Made by a program: the position numbers and the translations under genes. Positions 23,737 to 35,448 of a DNA stretch of 64,000 bases are shown one piece after another. The number at the start of each line of letters is the position of its first letter. Positions within the stretch are counted from its first letter, which is position 1. Source of the stretch: an uncultured delta proteobacterium (GTDB taxonomy: Bacteria; Myxococcota_A; Polyangia; Palsa-1104). The notes below the pieces were generated by a model. The model saw only the letters and a program-made list of their open reading frames with translations. It did no database searches and had not been told where the DNA came from. The DNA lies in assembly GCA_963785725.1 (NCBI GenBank), contig CAWAWS010000018.1, forward strand, positions 1 to 64,000, given 5' to 3'.

Positions 23737-23864
23737 ACATGTCGCCTGGGTTGGGAGAGCCGGCAAGGACGGCGCGAGGAGCCGGCGCAGCATACGGCCG
23801 GGTAGGTGAGCAGGCGCCGGTCGCTGGATTTTCGCGATCGATCACAAGTCAGGAGACATTGTTA
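23734..23864 (+). repeat. Degenerate fold-back intergenic element (E4)
   Basis: Imperfect terminal IR TAAACATGTCGCCTGGGTTG / CAAGTCAGGAGACATTGTTA; internal GCGAGGAG-CCGGCGC...TAC-N6-GTA..TGAG..GCGCCGG. Confidence 0.45.
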
Positions 23865-23877
23865 ATATCGTGAGACG

Positions 23878-24684
23878 GTGAAGACGCACGCCGGCCTCGG
23901 CCCCGATACGCTCGTGCCCCGCGTCGTCAGCGCGGCGCTCAAGCAGCTGCAAGTCGGCGCCGAAGAGGGCTTCGTGCTCTCGCGCGTCGACGGCAACACG
24001 ACCGTGGGCGAGATCTGCCTGTTGGTGCCGTTCGACGCCGACGTCACCGTCACGATCTTGAAGGCGCTCCGGCGCATGGGCGCCATCGACGTGCCCGGCG
24101 CTCAGCCGATGGTCGCCGAGCCCGCGCCCTCCGCCGCGGCGCGCAAGGCGACACCCGCGGCCGGCACGGCGACGGCGGCTTCGCGGCCGGCGCCGACCGC
24201 CGCGGCGCCGCGTGCATCGACGCCGGCGGCCGGAATCGCGACGCCGCGAGCGACGACGCCGGCCGCCGGCACGGCCGCCACGGCGGCGCGCAAGACGACG
24301 CCCGCAGCCGGCATCGCGGCAGCCGCGCCTGCGACGATCGCCACGACCGCGCCGACGACGACCGCCGCCGCGCCGTCACCGCTCGTGGCCGGCCTCGAAT
24401 TGACCATCGATCAGGCCGAGCGCATCGACGGCTACTTCGCCAGCCTCGACGACAAGGACGCCTTCGAGCTGCTCGAGGTGACCCGCGCCGCCGACAAGCG
24501 CGCCATCAAACGCGCCTACTTCAAGCTGTCGAAGGAGTTCCACCCCGACCGCTTCTTCGGCCAAAACATCGGCCCTTATAAAGAGCGCCTGTCGCGCATC
24601 TTCCAGTCGGTCAAGGCGGCGTTCGAGCTCTTGTCCGACGACACTCGTCGGGCGGCGTACGAACAAAGTACGCAAGAAAAGTAG
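23878..24684 (+). CDS. J-domain co-chaperone with N-terminal wHTH-like module and Ala/Thr/Pro linker
   Basis: IKRAYFKLSKEFHPD (HPD motif); N-terminal GFVLSRVDGNTTVGEI; TPAAG repeats. Confidence 0.88.
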   Translation: MKTHAGLGPDTLVPRVVSAALKQLQVGAEEGFVLSRVDGNTTVGEICLLVPFDADVTVTILKALRRMGAIDVPGAQPMVAEPAPSAAARKATPAAGTATAASRPAPTAAAPRASTPAAGIATPRATTPAAGTAATAARKTTPAAGIAAAAPATIATTAPTTTAAAPSPLVAGLELTIDQAERIDGYFASLDDKDAFELLEVTRAADKRAIKRAYFKLSKEFHPDRFFGQNIGPYKERLSRIFQSVKAAFELLSDDTRRAAYEQSTQEK

Positions 24685-24809
24685 CTGCGAAGTAGCTAGC
24701 CGCTTGCCGTCCTAAACGAAAAATAAGCCCGCGACGATGCGGCATTACCGATTCTGCTGTGTTACTATCGACCAGCCGTACCGTCATCGGGGGGCCTCGG
24801 CGAAGGGAC

Positions 24810-26640
24810 ATGGCAGAACGAGTCATCGGCATCGATCTCGGGACCACCAACTCCTGCGTCGCCATCGTCGAGAATGGCACGCCGGTCGTGATCTCCAACC
24901 GTGGCGGCTACAAAACCACGCCTTCGATGGTCGCCATCGCCGAAAACGGCAAGCGCCTCGTCGGCCACATCGCCAAACGCCAGGCCATCACCAACGCCGA
25001 GCACACGGTCTACGCGGCCAAGCGGCTCATCGGGCGTAAGTGGAACTCGCCGCCGGTGCGTCAGGCGATGGAATCGGTGGGCTACGAGATCACCGAAGGT
25101 CCGCACGACGACGTACGCATCGTCCTGCGCGGCCAGGCCTATTCGATCCCCGAGATCAGCGCCTACGTGTTGCAGGAGATGAAGCTCATCGCCGAGGAGC
25201 ATCTCGGCGGTCCCGTCGAAAAAGCGGTCGTCACCGTGCCCGCTTACTTCAACGACGGGCAGCGCCAAGCGACCAAGGACGCCGGTCGCATCGCCGGGCT
25301 CGACGTCATCCGCATCATCAACGAGCCGACCGCGGCCGCGCTCGCTTACGGCTTCGGCAAGAACATCGAGCGCAAAGTGGCCGTCTTCGATCTCGGCGGC
25401 GGCACCTTCGACATCTCGATCCTCGAGCTCGGCAACGGCGTCTTCGAGGTCATCTCGACGGCCGGCGACACGTTCCTCGGCGGCGAAGACTTCGACAAGC
25501 GCATCATCGACTGGCTCGTGTTCGGCTTCGCCAAAGAGCACAAGATCGACCTGCGCCGCGACAAGATGGCGCTGCAGCGGTTGAAGGACGTGGCCGAGAA
25601 GGCCAAGTGCGAGCTGTCGTCGGCCAAAGAGGCCGAGATCAACCTGCCCTTCATCATCTCGCAGGGCACCGAAGCGCTGCACCTGACGCGCACGCTTGAC
25701 GCGCGACAAGCTCGAAGAGCTGACCGCCGATCTCATCGAGCGCTGCGTGAACATCTGCCGCAAGACGCTGGCGGAAGCGGACATCGACAAGAGCGCCATC
25801 GAAGACGTCATCCTCGTCGGCGGCATGACGCGCATGCCGAAGATTCAGCAGATGGTGGCGCAGTTCTTCGGTATGGAGCCGTGCAAAGGCGTGCATCCCG
25901 ACGAGGTCGTGGCGTTGGGCGCGTCGATCCAAGGCGCGTCGCTCACCGAGCACGACTCGGAGATGCTGCTCCTCGACGTGACGCCGCACTCGCTCGGCAT
26001 CATGATCGTGGGCGGCTACTTTCACCGGCTGATTCAGCAGAACACGACGGTGCCGACGGAGGCATCGCACATCTTCACGACGGTCAAGGACAACCAGACG
26101 TCGGTGAAGATCCTGGTCTTGCAAGGTGAGAGCGATCGCGCCGAAGAGAACGAGCTCTTGGGCGAGTTCATCTTGACGGGCTTGCGTCGCGCGCCGAAGA
26201 GCGAAGTCGAGATCGAGGTCACGTTCGAGATCTCGGCCGACGGCATCGTCTCCGTCAGCGCCAAGGACATGGAGACGGGCCTCAAGCAGGCCATCACCGT
26301 GACCGCGACGTCGGGCCTGACGGAAGACGAGATCCGCCGCATGGTCGAGGAGTCGAAGGATTACCTGCTCGATCAAAAGGCGTCGGAGGAGTTCGAGAAG
26401 CACAAGCAGACCGCCGAGAAGCTCATCGAGGAGATCGAGGGCCTGTTCCCGCGCGTCGAGCAGGCCATCGCCGGCAGCGACTTCGGGCAGGACGCGGTCA
26501 AGAAGGCGCGCAGCGTCATCGATCGCGCGCGCTCCGGCATTCAGGGCCGCGATCAGCAGGCGGTCGCCGACAGCAACGAAGCCTTGCAGCGCACGCTCAA
26601 CATGTTCAAAGGCGTCGTCGCCAAGACGCGCGTCGGCTAG
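24810..26640 (+). CDS. dnaK: Hsp70/DnaK-family chaperone, paralog (+1 frameshift near 25695)
   Basis: [50 protein letters not shown]; no grpE nearby. Confidence 0.92.
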
Positions 26641-26642
26641 TC

Positions 26643-28670
26643 ATGGCGGGCGCGGCGGGTCCGAATAAGGGCGATCTGCGCGCCGCGGCCGAGCGGCTCG
26701 AGCGCGGCATCGAGCGTTACGGCGAGGGCGATCTGCCGGGCGCGCTGGCCGAGTTCGACAAGGCGCTCGAGCTGCATCCGGCGAGCGCGCGCAGTCGGCA
26801 GTACGCCTCGTGGGTGCGCGATCTGCAGTCGGGCAAGCGGCGGCTCGATGGCGGTCGCGGGCTCGACGAGGACGCGCTGCGCGCCGTCAACGAGGCGCTC
26901 GAGGACACGCCGATTCGCCGGCGGCCGTCGTCGGCGGAGACGACGCAGCGCGGGCTGCAGCCGCCGGCCGGCGCGCCGACGAACGCCGACGACGACGACG
27001 AGCTGACGGTCGCCAATAAGCCGCGCGATCGCATCATGACGCCGGCGCCGCCGACGGAGCCGCCGCTCGAGCCGACCGTGCGGGCACGGCCGCCGACGCT
27101 CGATCGCGCACGCACGCCGACGCCGGCGCCGCCGCCGGCGACGGTCGCGCCGACGGTGGCGCAGATTCCGACGCCGGTCATCACCAGCGCGCCGCCGGCG
27201 GCGACGATTCAGACGATCGACGAGCCGCGCGCCCGCAGCCTGACGCCGGCCCCGACCGATCAGCCGCGCCGCGGACGCTTGTTGACGCCGACGCCGCCGC
27301 CACCGACGCAGCCGTCGGACGAGGCGCGGCTGCGCCAGCCGACACCGGCGCCGCCCGCCTCGCAGCCGTCCTTGTCGCCGCCGCAGCAGCAGATGGGCAC
27401 GGCGCCGACGGTGGCCGCGATGCCGGCGACGCCCGCGGTCACGCCCGGCTCCAGCGAGCGCCAGCGGCGGATGACGCCGGCGCGCGGCGACGAGCCCGAG
27501 TCGCCGTGGGATCCGGTGCCGCTGACGCCGCGCGGCTCCGAAGTGCCGCCCGAGCTGCGCAAGCCGACGGCCGCCGCGCCGGCCGGAGCCGTGCCGCCGC
27601 CGCTCGCCGATGCCTCGTCGGCAACGATCATGGGCATGCCGCCGCTCGAGCAGCGCACGCTGACGCCGACGTCGCGCAAACGCGTCAAGCTCACCGAGGA
27701 GCATTTGGAGCCGGTGACGCGCGAGTTCCGCTCGTCGACGCCGACCGGCCCCGGCTTGCGGCCGCTCGACGTGCCCGAGCTGACCGACGAGCAGATCGCG
27801 GGCCTGTTGGCGCTCGACTCGCCGCTCCTGCGCGAGAGCCACACGTCGCCGCAGATCGAGCTCGATCGCATCGACTACGCGGACGACTCCGTCGAGCGCC
27901 GGCTCGTCGAGATGGAAGCGGACGCGACACCGCTGCCGACGCCGGCGCCGCCCGAGGTGTTCGCGCGCCGCGACGACACGAACCCGATGGCGGTCAACAG
28001 CTTCGCCGCGGCCGAGTTCGATCCGGCGCAGCTGACCCCGACGGGAATCAAGCCCTCGGCGCTGAAGCCGGTGCGCGCGCCGCAGCCGGAAGACGATCCC
28101 TACGCCGACATCAATCTCCTGCCGCTGGAGGTGCCGGTCGACATCGGCAGCTTGGACGAAGGCGAGGCGGAGGAGGGTGGGACGAACCCGACGAACCCTT
28201 TCATTCGCGGGCAGCGGCTGGCCGAATACACCTCGTTCGCCCACGAGACCAAAGCCGAAGGCGACTCCAAAGTCGACGAGCTGCCGCCCTTGCCGACGCT
28301 GCCCGGCGCGCGCACGCCGAAGTCGCCGCTCGCCGGCGCCGAGGCGGCGCTGAACGCGGGCAACTTCGCCGCCGCGGTCGACGAGTGCGAGCGTGTGTTG
28401 GCGGCGACGGGCGGCCTGCAAGGTCGGCTGGCGCAGCTGCAGCTGCCGCTCGTCGAGCAGATCTACGGCGCGATGCTGGAAGCGCCCGAGAAAATCCCGG
28501 TGCACGGCGAGGCGTCGGCCGACTTGGACCCGCGCTCGGCCTTCCTGCTCTCGCGCATCGACGGCGCCATGACGGTGGAAGACGTGCTCGACGTGAGCGG
28601 CATGCCGCGCCTCGAGGCCTTACGCGGGTTGGCGTTGCTGGTTCGTCGCCGCGCGGTACTTTTGAAGTAG
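26643..28670 (+). CDS. Pro/Thr-rich protein with N-terminal TPR and C-terminal wHTH-like module
   Basis: [18 protein letters not shown]; long low-complexity middle; [27 protein letters not shown]. Confidence 0.75.
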   Translation: MAGAAGPNKGDLRAAAERLERGIERYGEGDLPGALAEFDKALELHPASARSRQYASWVRDLQSGKRRLDGGRGLDEDALRAVNEALEDTPIRRRPSSAETTQRGLQPPAGAPTNADDDDELTVANKPRDRIMTPAPPTEPPLEPTVRARPPTLDRARTPTPAPPPATVAPTVAQIPTPVITSAPPAATIQTIDEPRARSLTPAPTDQPRRGRLLTPTPPPPTQPSDEARLRQPTPAPPASQPSLSPPQQQMGTAPTVAAMPATPAVTPGSSERQRRMTPARGDEPESPWDPVPLTPRGSEVPPELRKPTAAAPAGAVPPPLADASSATIMGMPPLEQRTLTPTSRKRVKLTEEHLEPVTREFRSSTPTGPGLRPLDVPELTDEQIAGLLALDSPLLRESHTSPQIELDRIDYADDSVERRLVEMEADATPLPTPAPPEVFARRDDTNPMAVNSFAAAEFDPAQLTPTGIKPSALKPVRAPQPEDDPYADINLLPLEVPVDIGSLDEGEAEEGGTNPTNPFIRGQRLAEYTSFAHETKAEGDSKVDELPPLPTLPGARTPKSPLAGAEAALNAGNFAAAVDECERVLAATGGLQGRLAQLQLPLVEQIYGAMLEAPEKIPVHGEASADLDPRSAFLLSRIDGAMTVEDVLDVSGMPRLEALRGLALLVRRRAVLLK

Positions 28671-28716
28671 GGCTGAAGTAACACCGCCGAAACACGGATC
28701 GAGTAGTATCCCGCGC

Positions 28717-29919
28717 ATGTCGAATCCCAAGAAGATCGTGCTCGCTTACTCGGGCGGACTCGATACGTCCGTGATCATGGGCTGGCTGCGCGCCACGTAC
28801 AACTGCGAGGTCGTCGCCTTCTGTGCCGACGTCGGCCAAGGCGAAGACCTGGAGGCCGTGCGCAAGAAGGCGCTCGCGACCGGCGCCAGCAAGTGTTACG
28901 TCGAGGACCTGCGCGAAGAGTTCGTGCGCGACTTCGTCTTCCCGGCTCTGCGCGCCGACGCCGCCTACGAGCAGGATTACCTGATGGGCACGTCGCTGGC
29001 GCGCCCGCTGATCGCCAAAGCGCAGATGGAAGTGGTCGCCAAAGAGGGCGCCGACGCCGTCGCCCACGGCTCGACCGGCAAGGGCAACGATCAGGTTCGC
29101 TTCGAGCTCGGCTATTACCACTTCAATCCGCAGATCAACATCATCGCGCCCTGGCGCATCTGGAACATGAAGTCGCGCTCCGACCTCATCCAGTACACCA
29201 AGGACCACAACATCGACGTCGAGGCCACGGCGTCCAAGCCCTATTCGATCGATCGCAACCTGTTCCACACCTCGTATGAAGGCGGCATTCTCGAGGATCC
29301 GTGGCAGGAGCCGGCGGCGGGGATCTTCCAGCTCACCAAGAATCCGGAGGAGGCGCCGGACAAGCCGCAGTACGTCGAGGTCGAGATCGACGGCGGCACG
29401 CCCATCGCCATCGACGGCGAGAAGCTCGGCCCGGCGGCGCTGCTCACCAAAGCCAATCAGCTGGCGGCGGCGCACGGCGTGGGTCGCGTCGACATCGTCG
29501 AGGATCGCTACGTCGGCATGAAGGCGCGCGGCATCTACGAGACGCCGGGCGGCACGCTCCTCCGTCGCGCGCGGCGCGCGGTCGAGACGGTCACGCTCGA
29601 TCGCGAGGTCATTCAGCTGCGCGACTCGCTCATGCCGCGCTATGCGCAGTTGGTCTACAACGGCTTCTGGTATGCGCCCGAGCGCATCTTGCTGCAGGGC
29701 CTCGTCGACGAAGCCTCGAAGCCGGTCACGGGCACGGCGCGCATCAAGCTCTACAAGGGCAGCTGCACCATCGCCGGCCGCAAGGCGCCGAAGTCGCTCT
29801 ATCGCCCCGATTTCGCGACCTTCGAGGCCGAGCAAGTGTACGACCAGAAGGACGCGGGCGGCTTCATCAAGCTCAACGCCCTGCGCCTGCGCATCGCCCA
29901 GATGCGCGCTCGCGAATAA
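28717..29919 (+). CDS. argG: Argininosuccinate synthase
   Basis: [38 protein letters not shown]. Confidence 0.98.
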   Translation: MSNPKKIVLAYSGGLDTSVIMGWLRATYNCEVVAFCADVGQGEDLEAVRKKALATGASKCYVEDLREEFVRDFVFPALRADAAYEQDYLMGTSLARPLIAKAQMEVVAKEGADAVAHGSTGKGNDQVRFELGYYHFNPQINIIAPWRIWNMKSRSDLIQYTKDHNIDVEATASKPYSIDRNLFHTSYEGGILEDPWQEPAAGIFQLTKNPEEAPDKPQYVEVEIDGGTPIAIDGEKLGPAALLTKANQLAAAHGVGRVDIVEDRYVGMKARGIYETPGGTLLRRARRAVETVTLDREVIQLRDSLMPRYAQLVYNGFWYAPERILLQGLVDEASKPVTGTARIKLYKGSCTIAGRKAPKSLYRPDFATFEAEQVYDQKDAGGFIKLNALRLRIAQMRARE

Positions 29920-29979
29920 GCGCCCAAAAAAAGCTGAAACCGCAGCGCGACGGCGATCACTTCGGGTCGGAGGTAAGTC

Positions 29980-30156
29980 ATGACCCGTACGATCAAGCTC
30001 CTCTGTGCAATCGCTACTGCCGCTACGCTCTCCGCCGGTTGCGGCTGGCCCGACACCAAGATGCAGCCCGTCGGCACCACGCAGATGCAGTCGCAACAGC
30101 CCGCCGCGCCCGCCACGTCCGCCAGCGACGAGACCAAGAAAAAGACCAACGGCTAG
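29980..30156 (+). CDS. 58-aa small lipoprotein (absent from ORF track)
   Basis: GGAGG RBS; MTRTIKLLCAIATAATLSAGC lipobox, then GWPDTKMQPVGTTQMQSQQPAAPATSASDETKKKTNG*. Confidence 0.7.
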   Translation: MTRTIKLLCAIATAATLSAGCGWPDTKMQPVGTTQMQSQQPAAPATSASDETKKKTNG

Positions 30157-30315
30157 GGGCTGTTCTCAATCAGCTCCCGTCGCCAAGCTTGCTGCGGGCC
30201 GCGTCTGCTTCGTTGCTCATCGCTCAGTTACCGCCAGTAGCTTCGCTCTTCGCGCCTCGCAGCCGCGGCTCCTCGCGGCGCTTGGCTCGGTCCGCCGATT
30301 GAGAACAGCCCCTAG
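30153..30315. mobile_element. MITE-like fold-back element E1 (163 bp)
   Basis: Perfect 19-bp terminal IR CTAGGGGCTGTTCTCAATC (30153-30171 / 30297-30315); inner stems GCCAAGC/GCTTGGC, GCCGCG/CGCGGC, CTGC/GCAG; no ORF. Confidence 0.75.
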
Positions 30316-30318
30316 TCC

Positions 30319-30437
30319 AAAACCGTCGCGAACGGCTCAAGCGCTAGGCGGAGCGAGGACCGCAGCGGAGCGGGCTCTGAGCCCGTGAGCAGCGGCCCGC
30401 AGCGACAACGACGCGATTGAGCCGCGCAGCAGGTTTT
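30319..30437 (+). repeat. Fold-back element E3, adjacent to E1 in opposite orientation
   Basis: IR AAAACC..CGGCTCAA / TTGAGCCG..GGTTTT; apical hairpin CGGGC-TCTGA-GCCCG; shares GCGAGGA..CCGC and GCGGCCCGCAGC with the E1 minus strand. Confidence 0.6.
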
Positions 30438-32187
30438 AGCGGCTGCGGCTGGAGTGGTGTTGCGCGTCGCCGGGCGTCCGGGCGACGACGCGGTGATCGC
30501 CGAGTGGCAGATCGCGCGGCACCTCCAGCGTGGCGCGCCAGCGACCGTCGTCGCCGGTGACGGCGTCGCCGACGCGCAAGGCGCCGTCGGGGCCGGCCAG
30601 GTAGATCTCGACGGCGAGCGCGCCCGGGTGGCCGTCGCTCGACGTGACGGCGCCGCTGACGTCGATGCGATCGCCGCGGAAGGCGTCGCGCTTGTCGAGG
30701 CTGACCGAGATCTTGGTCTCGGCCGGCGGCGCCGCGTGGCCGGCGCGCGGCTCGGCGTTGCCGCCGTGGCCGGCCTTCGTCGTTGACGTCGCCGGCGGCG
30801 GCTGGCGCTCGAGCGCGTCCAGCGCGTCGAGATCGATGCGCACGTGCTGAATGGCGCCGCCGTTGTTGCCGTTGCCGCTCTTGGGGCTCTTGGCGCGCGC
30901 GGCGGCGGCCTGCAGCTCGGGCGGCGTCGGCGGCAGCGCGTCGCCACCGCTCGAGAACGGCGGCGGCTGCGGCAGCGGATCCTCGCCTTTGGGACGATAG
31001 GGAATCTTGCCGTCGCTGCCGGCGACTTGGTTCTCGACCATGGCGCCGCCCAAGTTGATGCGCCGCCAGCCCACGCGCGGCAGATAGACCTCGACGAAGA
31101 CGTGCAGCTCGTTCTCGACGTAGCGCGCGGGAATCCCCGCCGCCAGCGCCGTCACCACGAACGCGTACGAGCGATGCCGGCAGCTGCCATGCTGCGCCAG
31201 CGCCAAGTCGGCATAGGGCGACGTCGAAGGGGCCGGCGGCGCGCCCGACTGAAATCCGCGGAACCAGCTCACCAGCGTCGCGAGCGCGCGACCGAGCGGC
31301 GCGTCCGGTCGCGCGTCGACGCCGAGCCGCGCCAGCACCGCTTGCGCCCGCTTCTTCGTCAGCGGCGGCAAGGGCGGCACGAGCGCGCGCGGCTCGTCGC
31401 GCAGCCGCGCCTCCGCCGGCAATTCGCCCACGAAGTAGCGCTGCGGCGCGTCGCTCAGCCAGATCAGCCGATGACGCCCGCCCGCGCTCGACGACACGAA
31501 CTGATTGTCGGCGCCGTCCTTGGCGAAGTTGACGGCGATGGGCGGCTCGGTCCGATAGGCGAGCACGCGCGCGTCCGCCGCCACCGACGGCAGCGGAATC
31601 CACTCGCCGGGCTCGAAGTCGACGACGATCGAGCCCCAAAAGGCGTCGCGATCGGCCGCGCGCTCACCGGCGCCGACGACCGGCAGCGCCTCGCGCTCCT
31701 GCCCGCGCTCGCTCAGCACCAGTGACTCGTCGGCCGCCACCGCGTCGAGCGCGCTCATGCGCTTGAACGGGAACGTCGCCGGATTGAAGACCTCGTGATA
31801 GGTGCGCAGGCCGGGCGGCTCGGGTCCGGTGTCGCGATCGATCGTGAGCCGCGGGTGACGCTCGGGCGGGCGATCGACGTGCGTCGCCGGCTGCGTCGCG
31901 TTCGTCGCCGGCGGCGCGCCTTTGTCGCCCGTCGCCGGCGGCGGCGGCACTTCCGATCCCGCTTGCGAATAGACCGGCTCGCCCGCTTCCGGCTGCGCCG
32001 CGCCGCTCGGCGCCGGCACCAGCTCGCCGTCGGACAACAGCGCCGCCGCGCCGTCGTCGGCGCGCCCTTGCCGCCAGCAGACCCCGTTGGCGCAGTGCAG
32101 CTTGCCGACGCTGACGCGCTCGTGCAACAGCTGTCCCCAAGCCGTGCCGCTCATCAGCATCAGCAGCGTGAAGAGCGTGGCCCGCAT
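30436..32187 (-). CDS. Exported transglutaminase-like domain protein
   Basis: Signal peptide MRATLFTLLMLMSGTAWG; GSCRHRSYAF...GIPARYV...HVFVEVY...GWRRINLGG. Confidence 0.8.
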   Translation of the reverse strand: MRATLFTLLMLMSGTAWGQLLHERVSVGKLHCANGVCWRQGRADDGAAALLSDGELVPAPSGAAQPEAGEPVYSQAGSEVPPPPATGDKGAPPATNATQPATHVDRPPERHPRLTIDRDTGPEPPGLRTYHEVFNPATFPFKRMSALDAVAADESLVLSERGQEREALPVVGAGERAADRDAFWGSIVVDFEPGEWIPLPSVAADARVLAYRTEPPIAVNFAKDGADNQFVSSSAGGRHRLIWLSDAPQRYFVGELPAEARLRDEPRALVPPLPPLTKKRAQAVLARLGVDARPDAPLGRALATLVSWFRGFQSGAPPAPSTSPYADLALAQHGSCRHRSYAFVVTALAAGIPARYVENELHVFVEVYLPRVGWRRINLGGAMVENQVAGSDGKIPYRPKGEDPLPQPPPFSSGGDALPPTPPELQAAAARAKSPKSGNGNNGGAIQHVRIDLDALDALERQPPPATSTTKAGHGGNAEPRAGHAAPPAETKISVSLDKRDAFRGDRIDVSGAVTSSDGHPGALAVEIYLAGPDGALRVGDAVTGDDGRWRATLEVPRDLPLGDHRVVARTPGDAQHHSSRSR

Positions 32188-32227
32188 TCTGGAATGATAC
32201 CGCGCCTCGGCGTATACTGGAGAGTCT

Positions 32228-33751
<1,524 letters not shown>

Positions 33752-33805
33752 CGGCGACAAAAGCCGCGCGCTCAGCGTATAAAGCGTCATGCCGCCGCAA
33801 TCTCG

Positions 33806-35389
33806 ATGAGCGATCGCACGCGCAAGCTCGGCTTCGCCGCCGCCATTCTGATCGTGACCGTGCTCTTGTCGCGCGTGCTCGGCTTCGTGCGCGACGCGTT
33901 CATCGCCGCGCTCTTCGGCGCCACCGGCCAGACCGACGCCTTCATCGCCGCCTTCACCATCCCCGACATCCTCAATTATCTCGTCGCCGGCGGCACGATG
34001 AGCATCACGTTCATCCCCATCTACACGCGCTACTTGAGCGAGGGCAACGAGGCCGAAGGCAACCGCGTCTTCTCCATCATCTCGACTACGATGACGCTCG
34101 TCATCATTAGCGGCGTCATCGCGCTCGAGATCTTCACGCCGCAGCTGACGCACAGCTACCTCAAGAAGCTGCAGCCGAGCGACATCGACCTGGCCATTCG
34201 GCTGACGCGCATTCTCTTGCCGGCGCAGCTCTGCTTTTACGTCGGCGGCTTGGCGGCGGCGACGCTCTTTGCGCGCCATCGCTTCGTCTCGGCGTCGATC
34301 GCGCCGCTCATCTACAACCTCGGCACCATCGCCGGCGGCGCGCTGCTCGGGCGCCGCTTGGGCATCGAGTCGCTGGCGTGGGGCACGTTGGCGGGCGCGT
34401 TCGTGGGCGTGTTCGCCCTGCAGCTGATCGCCGCCGGGCGCGCCGGATTGCGCTGGCGACCGTCGCTGGCGCTGTCGCATCCCGAGTTCAAGCGCTGGCT
34501 CCTGCTCAGCTTGCCGCTCATGATAGGCGTCGGCATCGTCACCGCCGACGACTGGTTCATCCGCTACTTCGCCGCCGCCAACTTGGGCGCCATCAGCTGC
34601 CTCAACTACGCGCGCAAGCTGGTGCAGGTGCCGATCGCCGTCGCCGGTCAAGCGGTCGGGCAGGCGTCGATGCCGTTCTTCGCGCGCCTGTGGGCCGAGG
34701 GCAAGCGCGTCGAGCTCGGCGAGCTCGTGACCAAGGCGTCGCGCACGGTGGCGGCGGTGGCGGCGCTGGCGGCGTGGGCGCTCATCGCGCTGGCGGCGCC
34801 GTCGGTGGAGCTCTTGTTCCATCGCGGCCACTTCGCGGCGGCGCAAGTCGAGCCGACGGCGGTCTACGTCGCCATCTTCGCGCTGGCGATTCCGCTGTGG
34901 GGCATGCAAGGCATCATCGCGCGCGCGTTCTACGCCACCGGTGACACGCTGACGCCGATGGTGGCCTCGAGCGTCATCCTCGTCGTCTGCATGCCGATCT
35001 ATTGGCTGCTACACATGCTGCTCGGCATCGACGGGCTCGCGGTGTCCTCGGGCGTCGCCATCTTCTTGCATACCTCGGTGATGCTGCTGCTCCTGCCGCG
35101 CCGGCTCGACACCGTGCGCCGCGGCGAGATCGTGCGCGGCACGCTGCGCGCGTTCGCGCTCGGCGCCGTCGCTGCGGTGCCGACGTGGCTGGTCTCGCAT
35201 TTCCTGCCGCACGGCCACTTGGGCGGCCACGTCTTCGCGTTCGTGCAGCTGGCGGTGGGCGGCCTCGTGTTCGTCGCCGTCGCCGCGCCGCTGGCGCGCC
35301 CGCTCGGCGCCGACGACGTGCACGCCTTCTTCGATCGCCTCTTCGGCCGCGTCGCCCGCCGCCTGTTTCCCGAACGCCGCGGCGGCTGA
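33806..35389 (+). CDS. murJ: Lipid II flippase MurJ
   Basis: SRVLGFVRD, DAFIAAFTIPD, about 14 TM helices, RAFYATGDTLTP. Confidence 0.9.
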   Translation: MSDRTRKLGFAAAILIVTVLLSRVLGFVRDAFIAALFGATGQTDAFIAAFTIPDILNYLVAGGTMSITFIPIYTRYLSEGNEAEGNRVFSIISTTMTLVIISGVIALEIFTPQLTHSYLKKLQPSDIDLAIRLTRILLPAQLCFYVGGLAAATLFARHRFVSASIAPLIYNLGTIAGGALLGRRLGIESLAWGTLAGAFVGVFALQLIAAGRAGLRWRPSLALSHPEFKRWLLLSLPLMIGVGIVTADDWFIRYFAAANLGAISCLNYARKLVQVPIAVAGQAVGQASMPFFARLWAEGKRVELGELVTKASRTVAAVAALAAWALIALAAPSVELLFHRGHFAAAQVEPTAVYVAIFALAIPLWGMQGIIARAFYATGDTLTPMVASSVILVVCMPIYWLLHMLLGIDGLAVSSGVAIFLHTSVMLLLLPRRLDTVRRGEIVRGTLRAFALGAVAAVPTWLVSHFLPHGHLGGHVFAFVQLAVGGLVFVAVAAPLARPLGADDVHAFFDRLFGRVARRLFPERRGG

Positions 35390-35448
35390 AACGGCCGGCT
35401 TTGGCTGTCTGACTTGCTCGCGACGAGACGAGGGCTACCATTGATCCC

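Noticed and set aside
24140..24330. Repeated ACGCCGGCGGCCGG-like units as a CRISPR or DNA repeat array
   Set aside because: Degenerate coding repeats (TPAAG) in the J-protein linker; no constant repeat-spacer structure and no cas genes.
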